Of a DNA stretch of 64,000 nucleotides, positions 23,531-33,081 are shown piece after piece (within the stretch, counting starts at the first letter, position 1; every line of letters starts with the position of its first letter). The DNA is from Corallochytrium limacisporum Hawaii (Eukaryota > Protista > Pluriformea): positions 1 to 64,000 of the forward strand of contig PDIP01000034.1 of the NCBI GenBank assembly GCA_002811645.1, written 5' to 3'. The notes under the pieces are model-generated. The model made no database searches. It was not told where the DNA came from and was given only the letters and a program-made list of their open reading frames with translations. Made by a program: the position numbers and the translations under genes.

Positions 23531-26500
23531 TCACTTCCCCAGTTGCGTCTTGACCTCTCGAACGGCGGCAATGATCGCTCCATCGTCCAGCTCTTGTGCC
23601 CGCTGCAGGGTGCTCAGCATCCTCGGCATCCATGCTCCACTGTTGCTCAGAGCCATGGACGCCTTGCGGAATTCCTTGGCCTTGCCATTGGCGCGGCGGA
23701 TGATACGCTCGCCCAAGCCCGCCATACGGGCAACGTTCATACCGTAACTCTTCGGGCATGCGCCTTCCGCGAGAGTGTATAAGAACACGACATCGCGGAT
23801 GTGATCATCTTCGATGACTTGCGAGGCGTTGAGGATCTCTCGGGCTTGCAGGCTACGTTCATGAACGTTCATGTCGGTTGTGGGGTCGGCATCATCGTTG
23901 ACCTGGGTGGAGGATTCAGGTGGGCAGTCCGTCTCCATACCGTTCTGATCATCTTCCTCATCGTCCTCATCCGTACCGCCAGCAGCCACACAGGCCATGT
24001 GTCCGAGCGCAACCTTTGGATGATCCTTCAATTCGTCCGTGAGGGAGTGGTAGTGGGTACTAAAGATGGCTCGACATGGTTGGTGGTTGACCATGTGTAG
24101 GATCGTGGCGTGGGCAATGGCATATCCATCAAATGTGGACGTACCGCGGCCGAGCTCGTCGAGGATGACCATTGAATCTTCAGTAGCTTCACGCAGAACA
24201 GTTGACGTCTCCCGTAGTTCGACCATGAATGTCGACTGTCCGGCCATCAGGTTGTCTGCGGCGCCTAAGCGTGTGAAGATGCGGTCCACAGGCGTCAAAC
24301 ACATAGCCTCCGCGGGCACGCGACAGCCCATCTGCGCCATGACAATGCCAAGACAGTTTTGGCGCAGCAGAGTGCTCTTGCCACCCATGTTCGGGCCCGT
24401 GAGCACCATGACACACCGGGTATCATTGCGCAAAGTGATCGAGTTTGGCACATATGCTTTGCCCGTGTCGTTAGCCAGCGGGAAACGAAGTTGAGTAACC
24501 TCCAGGAAAGGTGCCATACCCTCTGTACGCTCCACCAGTTCAGGCATGCACGACGGTTCCGCGAAGCTCAGCGACACCGAGGCAAGAGAGCAGAGACAGT
24601 CGAGCACAGACAGGGTGTGCATGAGCGGGCGGATACTGTCCGCTTTGGAGGCGAGGTCTTGCTGGAACTCTGCGAGAAGACGGCGCTGACAATTGTTGAA
24701 TATCTCTCCTGCCTCAATGTACTCCTGGTGTAGATCGGCAAAGTGAGGCGGCCAGTAGCGCTTGACGGCCTTAGATTGACTGCGCAGCGTCCAGTCGCGC
24801 GGAACATACTTGACATAGCGATCGGGCACTTCGACCTGGTATGACTCGTTGCCAACTTTCCGGTAGGAAAGGCCAATGGATGCCGGACGATTGACGTTAG
24901 CGTGTTCAGCCAACTCGCTCTGTAGTTGCGATAGTTCGCGATCAAACTGGATTTTGATCTCGTTCAGATCCTTCATGGCCTGGTCAAAGTTAGTGTTTGC
25001 TCCCGGCGCGGGCTCCAGTTCGCCGTCTTCCTTGGCCTTCCTTCGGTCAAAAGCTGTGCGAAAGAAGTCAAGAACTTCGTGGTAGCGAGGACAGTTTTGG
25101 CTCTCCGCATGGGCCGCACGGAGCAGTTCCAGCTCCTCTGCTGAGCGCCCGTCCGTACTCATGTGGTCGTGCAGTACTGTGAAGGGTCCTTCCAGAACGT
25201 ACTCCAGACCGTCCAAAAGCTTCAGGAATACTTCCAGCTTCAACTTGCCCGCGGTGGCACGGTGTATGAGGCGCTCGAGGTCAGGGATTGCCTTCATGCT
25301 CTTTTGCAGATCAATGAGCAAGTCCTGGCGCTCGATTAGATACTCCACGACCTCCTGGCGCTGTTTGATTGCATCCACGCGCCGCAAGGGGTGGCAGAGC
25401 CAAGTGCGGAACAGGCGTTTGCCAGCAGGAGTTGTGGCACGCTCCATAAGCTCGGCCAGGGTGCCTCGGCTGCCCCCATCTTCGTTCTCCAAGATCCATA
25501 GGTTACGCAATGCCAGACCGTCAAGTAGCAGTGACGTAGCGCTCTGCATGGGATCGTACCAGGCAAACCGGCCTCCTGGGATAGTCTCCGCGTCACGGTT
25601 GCTCAGCTTGGTCTGGAAGTACCATATGACACTACCAAAGGCCTCGAGTATACCAGGATAGCGGGGCATCCGGCTGCCGGTGCGCGCGTCCTGGACGGCT
25701 GCCGCAGACGTGCGCAAGGGCTCAGGCCATGAGGCACGCTCAGTACCTGTCGTGCCACCGAAATAATTCTCTCGCTCAATCATCCGCTCAGCCTGCGTGC
25801 AAGAAGGGAACTCCGTGCCTGGCTTAAGCTTGTTGATCTGTAGGTCAAGGCCGAGGCAACCATGAAGCAGCTTTGTGACACGAGCAATGTTGGGCTCGTC
25901 GGCCTTGAGAATAACTTCGCGGGGATTAGTCTGCAGCAACACGGTCTCCAGCTTTGAGAAGGCCAAGTCGTCATCGAGAACACTGAACATGAAGTGGCCC
26001 GCAGCTGTGTCGGCCAGCACAATGGAGAGGCGCACATCGCTGGTGGCTTGATCAGGGCCCCCAATGACCATCTTCTCATCCTCACCCTGCGATTGGACTG
26101 CCTCGCGCGTGGGTTCATAGTCCATGTGAATGGCCAGCAAGTAGGCTGGAAGATCGGATGCGCACAAATCTGCAGTGACAGTACCGGCAGTGATGACCTC
26201 TCGTAGTTTACGACCGATGATCTTTGACGTCTTTCCGGAGCCTTTAGCCTTTTCACGCATGCCCTTTGCGATGGAATTCTCCACCTCGTCTACACGGGCC
26301 ACCTTGAACCCGCGAGCCAGGAACTTTGCAGCCCAGGTTGGGTAGGTTGCCTCAGGTACCCCGACCATGCGCATATTTACCCGATCGGTAAGTTTGAGAT
26401 CGAACTCCTTGTGACCAATGTCGGCGTCCTTCTCATACAACTCGTAGAACTTTCCCTTCTTGAAGAACAGCACGGTGTTCCAGTATTCTTTCTTAATCTC

Positions 26501-27415
26501 CCAGTACTGTTTTTCAAACGGGGTAAACAGCGAAAAGTCCTTTGTGGGAATATGTAGTGTGTTCTCGTCATAGTCTGGATGATCCGACGTTCGCTTCTGG
26601 CCATCACGAACGTGGATCAGGAAGGGGAAGCGCTTCGAGTCAAACCCATGTGGGTTCTCGGACTCGATGCCCCGGTCCAGAATGGCATCTACCAGTCGGC
26701 GCTTGCTGCCCACCTTTGTGTTGCGAGCGGATGGGACTGTTGGTTTGTTCTCATCTTCTGTATCCACGTGGGCAAAACGGCTGAGCAGCGAAACCTTAGG
26801 TACATCGTTGTCATCCATGGTTCTCTCCAGCTTGGCGCGTTTGACACCAGAAGAAGACACTCGCGTATGGCTCGATTGTTTACGTTCAGCCTCATCAGCT
26901 GCTGCCAGCATTGCATCCATATCATCATCGTCGCCGTCGTCGTCGTCGTCGACTTCTCCTTCCGGATTGTACGCATCCCCGTCATCTGCATCATTTTCAC
27001 CATCGCTTTCGTCATTTGTGCCATCGTCATCGCTCTCAATCACTCGACTGCTGCGCTTGTTCGACTCAATCGCTGCTGCCCTACGTGGACGGGACGACTG
27101 TGCGGTTAGAGCAGGAACGGAGGCCGGCGTGGTCTTCATTGGAGCCTTGCTGACCTTCTTCGGCCCAGTTACGGCTGGTGACACGGATGGCACCATCCCA
27201 GATTGACTCATTTGGGATTGACTGTGACGTGCCGCTACCGGAGTGGGTGGCTCGCGTTGCGGCATCGGGGTACTGGTGGTTGACGTGTCATCGTTTTCTC
27301 GCGCTGGGTTCCTTCTGGGTGCCGAAGCAGGTGTCTTTGTAAAGAATGCCTTGAGACTTTTCTGCTTCATCCCACTGCCAGATTGTGTTGGCGTACTCAT
27401 TGGCAACGCCGGCAT
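23531..27415 (-). CDS. MSH6: DNA mismatch repair protein MSH6
   Basis: PIP box KQKSLKAFF; TPFEKQYWEIK and FFKKGKFYELYE (Phe-X-Glu); Walker A TGPNMGGKST; STFMVEL; DELGRGTSTFDG; FSTHYH; CPKSYGMNVARMAG. First ATG is at 27415 (the ORF-track start is a TTG). Confidence 0.97.
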   Translation of the reverse strand: MPALPMSTPTQSGSGMKQKSLKAFFTKTPASAPRRNPARENDDTSTTSTPMPQREPPTPVAARHSQSQMSQSGMVPSVSPAVTGPKKVSKAPMKTTPASVPALTAQSSRPRRAAAIESNKRSSRVIESDDDGTNDESDGENDADDGDAYNPEGEVDDDDDGDDDDMDAMLAAADEAERKQSSHTRVSSSGVKRAKLERTMDDNDVPKVSLLSRFAHVDTEDENKPTVPSARNTKVGSKRRLVDAILDRGIESENPHGFDSKRFPFLIHVRDGQKRTSDHPDYDENTLHIPTKDFSLFTPFEKQYWEIKKEYWNTVLFFKKGKFYELYEKDADIGHKEFDLKLTDRVNMRMVGVPEATYPTWAAKFLARGFKVARVDEVENSIAKGMREKAKGSGKTSKIIGRKLREVITAGTVTADLCASDLPAYLLAIHMDYEPTREAVQSQGEDEKMVIGGPDQATSDVRLSIVLADTAAGHFMFSVLDDDLAFSKLETVLLQTNPREVILKADEPNIARVTKLLHGCLGLDLQINKLKPGTEFPSCTQAERMIERENYFGGTTGTERASWPEPLRTSAAAVQDARTGSRMPRYPGILEAFGSVIWYFQTKLSNRDAETIPGGRFAWYDPMQSATSLLLDGLALRNLWILENEDGGSRGTLAELMERATTPAGKRLFRTWLCHPLRRVDAIKQRQEVVEYLIERQDLLIDLQKSMKAIPDLERLIHRATAGKLKLEVFLKLLDGLEYVLEGPFTVLHDHMSTDGRSAEELELLRAAHAESQNCPRYHEVLDFFRTAFDRRKAKEDGELEPAPGANTNFDQAMKDLNEIKIQFDRELSQLQSELAEHANVNRPASIGLSYRKVGNESYQVEVPDRYVKYVPRDWTLRSQSKAVKRYWPPHFADLHQEYIEAGEIFNNCQRRLLAEFQQDLASKADSIRPLMHTLSVLDCLCSLASVSLSFAEPSCMPELVERTEGMAPFLEVTQLRFPLANDTGKAYVPNSITLRNDTRCVMVLTGPNMGGKSTLLRQNCLGIVMAQMGCRVPAEAMCLTPVDRIFTRLGAADNLMAGQSTFMVELRETSTVLREATEDSMVILDELGRGTSTFDGYAIAHATILHMVNHQPCRAIFSTHYHSLTDELKDHPKVALGHMACVAAGGTDEDDEEDDQNGMETDCPPESSTQVNDDADPTTDMNVHERSLQAREILNASQVIEDDHIRDVVFLYTLAEGACPKSYGMNVARMAGLGERIIRRANGKAKEFRKASMALSNSGAWMPRMLSTLQRAQELDDGAIIAAVREVKTQLGK

Positions 27416-27715
27416 TGCTCCCAAATTTGTTGTGGTGTTCCGATCTCAGATCAGGACCTATGTTCTACTATTCTATTCTTTGGTTCACGAAACCACTGCG
27501 TTTGCTAGTTTGCAGCGGTGTCGATTACGGTTTGGTTGTCTGTATTCTTTTGCACTACACTCTTTCACATGCACTTGGTCCAACGACCACAAAAATTCTT
27601 AATACATTTAGAATCCAAGGATGTTGAAATACCCCTATAGTGTGGTCCCCGTACCAACTCCAGGGGGGAAACGAATTTCTGGCTGAGACCTCACCCCATC
27701 TCCCCTCGGTAGGTT

Positions 27716-27723
27716 TTTCGCGC
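27716..27723. promoter_or_regulatory. E2F consensus site TTTCGCGC upstream of MSH6
   Basis: Exact match to TTTSSCGC about 300 nt upstream of the MSH6 ATG, inside a GC-rich island. Confidence 0.55.
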
Positions 27724-27961
27724 CCATTCGCAATGGGCACCTCAGGATCTCCCACCCCAAAGCGGGCGGGAGGGAGTTTACTCCGAGCATCGATAGCGGC
27801 CACTAGACATCGAACCGACTCAAGGCCACTGGACTTAGCTTCCCCGGGCATCTGTGCTTCTTCTATTGTGGAAGCATTGCATGCTCACACCATGCGTATG
27901 ACGGAATGCGGTTGATTAGAACAAATGAGATAATCTAAATCAATATATGGTTGAACCTTGT

Positions 27962-28918
27962 TTAGTGTTGCATGGTCTTGTTGGTGCCAAGGACGAGACG
28001 GCGACGGGTACTGCGCAAAGCGGGAGAGCCTGTCTTGGTCTGCAGAGCGGCTGCAAACAGCGGTGAGTCAGTTCCACTGGTGTTCTCCTTGTCGTGAACG
28101 CCGGGCATAATGGCACGGGCAGTGGGCGTGGAAGAGGCCTTGGTAGGAGTTGAGGTTCGCGAAGAGCAGGTGCCGTATGTGTTCGTTGTGTGTGTCTTCT
28201 TTACAATTGGTGAGAGTTCGTGCTCTTCTGATACCTCTGTGGTGGTCTTTCGTGTTATGGTCTTCTTACCTGGTGTTCCCTCGTACTCAACGTCAAAGTC
28301 GGAGTCATCACTGAACTCGCTGAGGGCCTCGAGCAGGGCATTCTCTTCCTCCGCGGCATCGATTGCTTCCAGGATTTCGTCAACGTTTATCTTTTCTTTC
28401 GGGCTGAAGGGAATGACATCGGTGGCCTGGCCCATGCCGTGCTGTGGTGTCTGACAAGCGGAGACAGAGACGGTCGATGCGGGCAGACGTCCCTTGGTCG
28501 GTGTCTGTACGCCTATGTCGTCGGTGGGGTCATTAACGCTGCTCTCTTCTATTTGTTCTTCTTCCTCAATGTCGACTACCGCAGTGCTCTTGCGCTTGAC
28601 AGGGGGTGGCGTAGCACACTGTGTAAAGGCACTTACTGATCCAGCCCGTACGGCGACAATTTCGTTGTGAAGGTGCGGGCTGCGCAACACGTTAATGGAC
28701 GGGCTTCGAGGATCAAAGACAGTGTGCTGCTGTATCTCCATCTTCTGACCCTGGAGCATTGCAGCAATCGGTGTTCTTAAGAGTCCGGGAGTGGGGCTCC
28801 GAGGGTCGAATGGATCAGCACAGATCCCGTATTCTGGTGTTTCGTCTTCGTAGGTCTGGAACTGCTGCTCGCTCTCGGAGAGCCCAAGGGTTTGAAGCAG
28901 TAAAGACAGGGTATCCAT
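27962..28918 (-). CDS. CDCA3: CDCA3/Tome-1-like cell-cycle protein (disordered, APC/C degrons)
   Basis: Two motifs, DPRSPTPGLLRTPI and DPRSPSINVLRSP (human CDCA3 has DPRSPSAGILRTPI and DPRSPTLGIARTP). HDKEN box near the C-terminus as in CDCA3; RRRLVLGTN fits the D-box; many S/T-P sites. ATG 28918 has aaacATG context; an upstream in-frame ATG exists at 29056. Confidence 0.72.
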   Translation of the reverse strand: MDTLSLLLQTLGLSESEQQFQTYEDETPEYGICADPFDPRSPTPGLLRTPIAAMLQGQKMEIQQHTVFDPRSPSINVLRSPHLHNEIVAVRAGSVSAFTQCATPPPVKRKSTAVVDIEEEEQIEESSVNDPTDDIGVQTPTKGRLPASTVSVSACQTPQHGMGQATDVIPFSPKEKINVDEILEAIDAAEEENALLEALSEFSDDSDFDVEYEGTPGKKTITRKTTTEVSEEHELSPIVKKTHTTNTYGTCSSRTSTPTKASSTPTARAIMPGVHDKENTSGTDSPLFAAALQTKTGSPALRSTRRRLVLGTNKTMQH

Positions 28919-29314
28919 GTTTCCGCCGTCTAAATTTCCTTTTTGTTGTCCCGGACCTTTCCCCGAGGCATGGCATAACCAATTCCAACAGCCCAGGGTC
29001 GGATGCTGAACTATCAAGTACCTTTTCGTTCGGAAGTTTTCGTTCTGGAGAAACATAGAGCCGCCGGCAGATCCGCACACCCCCGACGTCAATCTCGAAC
29101 CGCAACGTCATGTGCAATAAAGACAACATGGGAAAGGTGTTGGGACATTAAATTGCTCTGATGCTTGGGTGTGTAACATTTACAAAAGAGAAGGCCCAAC
29201 ACGATACACGGAAACGGAACGCGAAACCCGCTTTCGATACTTTAGGTAACTATTGCACCCAAATCTCCCCCTATCACGGCCGGGCTGGGGCCCCGCTTCG
29301 CCCCCTTTGTACCG

Positions 29315-29334
29315 TTCAAACCCTCCGCGCCAAA
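29315..29334 (-). promoter_or_regulatory. E2F/CDE + CHR tandem element
   Basis: The minus strand reads TTTGGCGCGG-AGGG-TTTGAA: E2F consensus TTTGGCGC overlapping a CDE-like CGCGG, a 4-nt spacer and canonical CHR TTTGAA. About 400 nt upstream of, and co-oriented with, the CDCA3-like ORF. Confidence 0.7.
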
Positions 29335-29380
29335 TTCTGTTTCTCCTCCCTTCCCTTTTCATTCTTCCCTGCCCCCCCCC

Positions 29381-29488
29381 NNNNNNNNNNNNNNNNNNNN
29401 NNNNNNNNNNNNNNNNNNNNNNNNNNNNNNNNNNNNNNNNNNNNNNNNNNNNNNNNNNNNNNNNNNNNNNNNNNNNNNNNNNNNNNNN
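29381..29488. other. Assembly gap (N run)
   Basis: Run of N between poly-C tracts. Confidence 0.99.
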
Positions 29489-30382
29489 CGCCCCCCCCCC
29501 CCCCAAATCGCAGGCACTCTCTCGATTCTCTCGCTCTCCTTCCGGCACACGCTCCCAATAGCCTCTGAACCAACCGACCCCACACCCCCTCCCCCCCCCC
29601 AGCGGGGGGGCTCTCGCGAACCAACACTGCCCCACATCGCCCTAGAGCCAGGTTCGGATCTTGCCAGCAGCCTGCAAGGTTGCAGTGCTGAAAGTACCGA
29701 ATGAGACCCGGCCAGCAAATCATAGGAACTAGGCCCCCCCCATTCACCAACCATCCCTTAGTCCCTCCCCTCTTTGGTCTTGCGGCGGAGGGAGATACAA
29801 AGCGAGGGGAGGAGCGGGTGGGGCTATGGTAGTGAATGTACCGGCGGTGGTCATGTGCCCCGGCGTGCGCTGCGAAACACATGTCCCAACCGGGAGGCAC
29901 CCAAGCCAAAGTGGCCCGGGGCGTTTCTAGTCGATGAGAGCGGTCGGATGTCAGCGCTTGTGGCTGTTTTGGGGTTCGGACCGTAAGAGCCCGTTGCTTG
30001 ACTCGAATTAATTCCTTTTCTGTTTTTACTTTCCGGTTCGGATTTGTTCGAATGATTGACAACAAGTGTTTGGTTGTTCACAACTCTGGAAACTTGACGA
30101 GTTTATTTGGATCACTGCGTGTCTGGATTGTGTTGTTGCATGTAGCTATTTCAGACACTATAGATTCTTGCGAGACTTGAAAGTAAGATCCTTTTACCTC
30201 TAGTTATCTCTGGTTAGTCAATCTTGGTATTGACGTTTGAGATACTTTCAATCAGCGAACTTTTCCAAGTTAGGGTTCCAGGCTACCATGTTCTAGAACT
30301 CCTATTTGGGAAATTTGGGAAAAATAAAGTATCAGGGATTTAGGATTTAAGGAAGTAGGAAAGTAAGAGACCTAACCTGATC

Positions 30383-32542
30383 ATGTCTTTCGCAGCGGCG
30401 GCGGCAAAGGGCCGTGCCGGTGGGTCCGAGAAGACCAACTCCAAGGGACCGGCGTCGCCAAAGGTTGCACCAAGTACCAACGGTGCACCCAAAACGCAAC
30501 CCAAAACTGACGGCAGTGAAGACGAAGAGCTCCGCTTTGACTACTCTCTGACCAACTTGATTGGACGAGTTGTGCAGGTGGAGACCATGTCGGGTGCGAT
30601 CTATTCTGGTCTTTTGCACACATGGGAGCCTTCCGGTCCAAACATTGGTGGGATCAATGGTCTTGTGTTGTATCAGGCGCAGAAGATGGAAAATAGCGAG
30701 GTAGCGACCACAAAGGACAGCAGCAATCCCCTGCACTACATCAACCTGGGCGGGAACCCTGTGCTTAAGGAACTTGTGCTCCATGGCAAGGACATTGGTC
30801 GTGTCTACCACCCTGACGTAGAGTATAACCCCATTATTGGCAGCGCGGGCAACGTGGCACGGCAGAATTTCATCACAGACACGGGCATTTCCGGTGCGTC
30901 GGGCAATCTCGCTGAACGTACACTGGAAAAATTCGACTTCATGGCCCACGCCACGGACGCCAATGGTAAACCAGTCAAGAGTGGATCGGACCTCGACCTT
31001 GATGCGGAGGCACGTCGGATGAAGTCGACGCAGTGGGACCAATTTGGACAGCTGAACAAGAAGCAGCCTGTGCCAAAATCAGGCGCTGATTCATTGGACT
31101 GGCGGGCACCTGCCGCTGCGGATGATGCGCATGGCGCAGGCACAGACGGGGCAACTGCAGGAGGGAGCGAACACCATGATTTTGACAAATCGTTCGAGAC
31201 GCTATACACTACACCACTAAAGCGTGACGTCCACACACCGGAGCAAATCAGGCGGGCTGAAAAGCTCGCCGCAGAGATCGAGCGCAACAAAGTCAGCCGC
31301 CAGCGGGCTAATCTGGAGTTGGACGATGACGCGGACGAAGAAGCCAAGTACTCTGCCGTCGTACGTGATGAGCCGCAGAAACCAGCGGACATTGAAAAGA
31401 AAGCGGCTGCCGCAGCGGCAGCTGCTGCTGCTGCTGCGGAGGAAGACGAAAAGAAAGAGGAAGCAGAGAAGGCCGCTGCTGCTGCTGCTGCTGAATCAGC
31501 CGGCAAGAAGCCGCTGAAGCTTAATCCAAAGGCCAAACCTTTCGTGTTCAACCCAAACGCCGCGTCTTTTGTACCGAGCGGCCCGAAGAAGGAAGAACAG
31601 ACTGCAGCCGCCGGCGGCGATGAACCCGCGGCTGGATCAACAGAAGAACCAACAGCGGCAGAAACGGAGAATGCTGGTGATCAGGAGGCCCACTTTCCGG
31701 ATATTGGCTCCATGACTATAAGTTCCAACCGCCCCACTGTTCTGCTCTGCGAAGGTTTCAACACTGTGCGCCAGAAGGAGCTGCAGCAGTCCAGCAGCGG
31801 CAATGGCAATTCCCGGAACCAGGGCAGTGGTCAACAGGGCAGTGGCAAGGGCGGCAAGGGCAAGAAGGGTGGTAACAACCGCAACAATGCGGACGGTTCC
31901 AATCGTGGCCACAACCCGAGCTGGACCGGCGCCCAGAACGGTCACTCTCCCGCCCGCGGTGGTCAGGGACAGTCCTACGCCAATATTACAGTCTATAAGC
32001 AAGGCAAGGGCAGTGGCAATCAAAAGGGAGGCGCCAACCCAGGGCCCAACAATGCCAACAGTGCGGCCGCAGCAGCAGCAGCAGCAGCGCACAGCCAGAA
32101 CGCCGCTGCCTTCAATCCTTACGGGGTGCCAATGGGCGGTCCGATGATGGCCGCGGGCTATCCAGCCATGGCCAGTGGCCCCGGAGGGCCGCGAGGAACG
32201 CAGGGCGGGCCTCAACAGTTCCAACGTGGATCACAGGGCGCTGCAGCGGGGACTGCGGGAATGGTTCCTGGCATGATGCCTGGCATGATGCCCCCGAACT
32301 ACAATCCCATGATGGCGGGTCCCCCTGGAGCATTCGGCAACCCGGGAGCGATGATGATGATGACGGGTGCGCCACCGTATGGCTACATGATGCCGCCACA
32401 GGCCTACGGTCAGTACAGTCCGGGCATGCCCCCCCAGCAGCAGGGCGGTGGCGGTGGCGGTGGTCGCGGCAACCGCCGCAGCAGCAGCAATCAGTCGGGC
32501 GGCAATAGTAATGCCAACACCAACAATGGCAACAGTGGCTGA
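30383..32542 (+). CDS. ATXN2: Ataxin-2 / Pbp1 family RNA-binding protein
   Basis: LSm domain (LTNLIGRVVQVETMSGAIYSGLL), FITDTGIS, ERTLEKF, WDQF, LsmAD (LYTTPL..AEKLAAEIE..DEEAKYSAVVR), PAM2 motifs (KLNPKAKPFVFNPNAASFVP) and a Met/Pro/Gly/Gln/Asn-rich low-complexity tail. Confidence 0.92.
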   Translation: MSFAAAAAKGRAGGSEKTNSKGPASPKVAPSTNGAPKTQPKTDGSEDEELRFDYSLTNLIGRVVQVETMSGAIYSGLLHTWEPSGPNIGGINGLVLYQAQKMENSEVATTKDSSNPLHYINLGGNPVLKELVLHGKDIGRVYHPDVEYNPIIGSAGNVARQNFITDTGISGASGNLAERTLEKFDFMAHATDANGKPVKSGSDLDLDAEARRMKSTQWDQFGQLNKKQPVPKSGADSLDWRAPAAADDAHGAGTDGATAGGSEHHDFDKSFETLYTTPLKRDVHTPEQIRRAEKLAAEIERNKVSRQRANLELDDDADEEAKYSAVVRDEPQKPADIEKKAAAAAAAAAAAAEEDEKKEEAEKAAAAAAAESAGKKPLKLNPKAKPFVFNPNAASFVPSGPKKEEQTAAAGGDEPAAGSTEEPTAAETENAGDQEAHFPDIGSMTISSNRPTVLLCEGFNTVRQKELQQSSSGNGNSRNQGSGQQGSGKGGKGKKGGNNRNNADGSNRGHNPSWTGAQNGHSPARGGQGQSYANITVYKQGKGSGNQKGGANPGPNNANSAAAAAAAAAHSQNAAAFNPYGVPMGGPMMAAGYPAMASGPGGPRGTQGGPQQFQRGSQGAAAGTAGMVPGMMPGMMPPNYNPMMAGPPGAFGNPGAMMMMTGAPPYGYMMPPQAYGQYSPGMPPQQQGGGGGGGRGNRRSSSNQSGGNSNANTNNGNSG

Positions 32543-32744
32543 ATGCATGTACCATCTCCGGCACTCTGATGCCTATTGAAAACCCAAGAACCGAAACCAT
32601 CACTGTACCACCACCACAACCACCCCCCAAGCAAGAATCTCTGGTCATCTCTACACAATATTTTAGCTGCACTTGTACATGCACTACACCGAATCATGCT
32701 CACATTAACCAAGCAAACACCCCTGTTCCGAATAAAATGATTAG

Positions 32745-33081
32745 NNNNNNNNNNNNNNNNNNNNNNNNNNNNNNNNNNNNNNNNNNNNNNNNNNNNNNNN
32801 NNNNNNNNNNNNNNNNNNNNNNNNNNNNNNNNNNNNNNNNNNNNNNNNNNNNNNNNNNNNNNNNNNNNNNNNNNNNNNNNNNNNNNNNNNNNNNNNNNNN
32901 NNNNNNNNNNNNNNNNNNNNNNNNNNNNNNNNNNNNNNNNNNNNNNNNNNNNNNNNNNNNNNNNNNNNNNNNNNNNNNNNNNNNNNNNNNNNNNNNNNNN
33001 NNNNNNNNNNNNNNNNNNNNNNNNNNNNNNNNNNNNNNNNNNNNNNNNNNNNNNNNNNNNNNNNNNNNNNNNNNNNNNNNN
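32745..33081. other. Assembly gap (N run)
   Basis: Run of N. Confidence 0.99.

Noticed and set aside
30183-30203. Possible 21-nt 5' UTR mini-intron GTAAG...CTCTAG before ATXN2 (also AG/GTAAGG at 63566)
   Set aside because: Short consensus matches are expected by chance, no clear branch point is visible, and transcript data would be needed.
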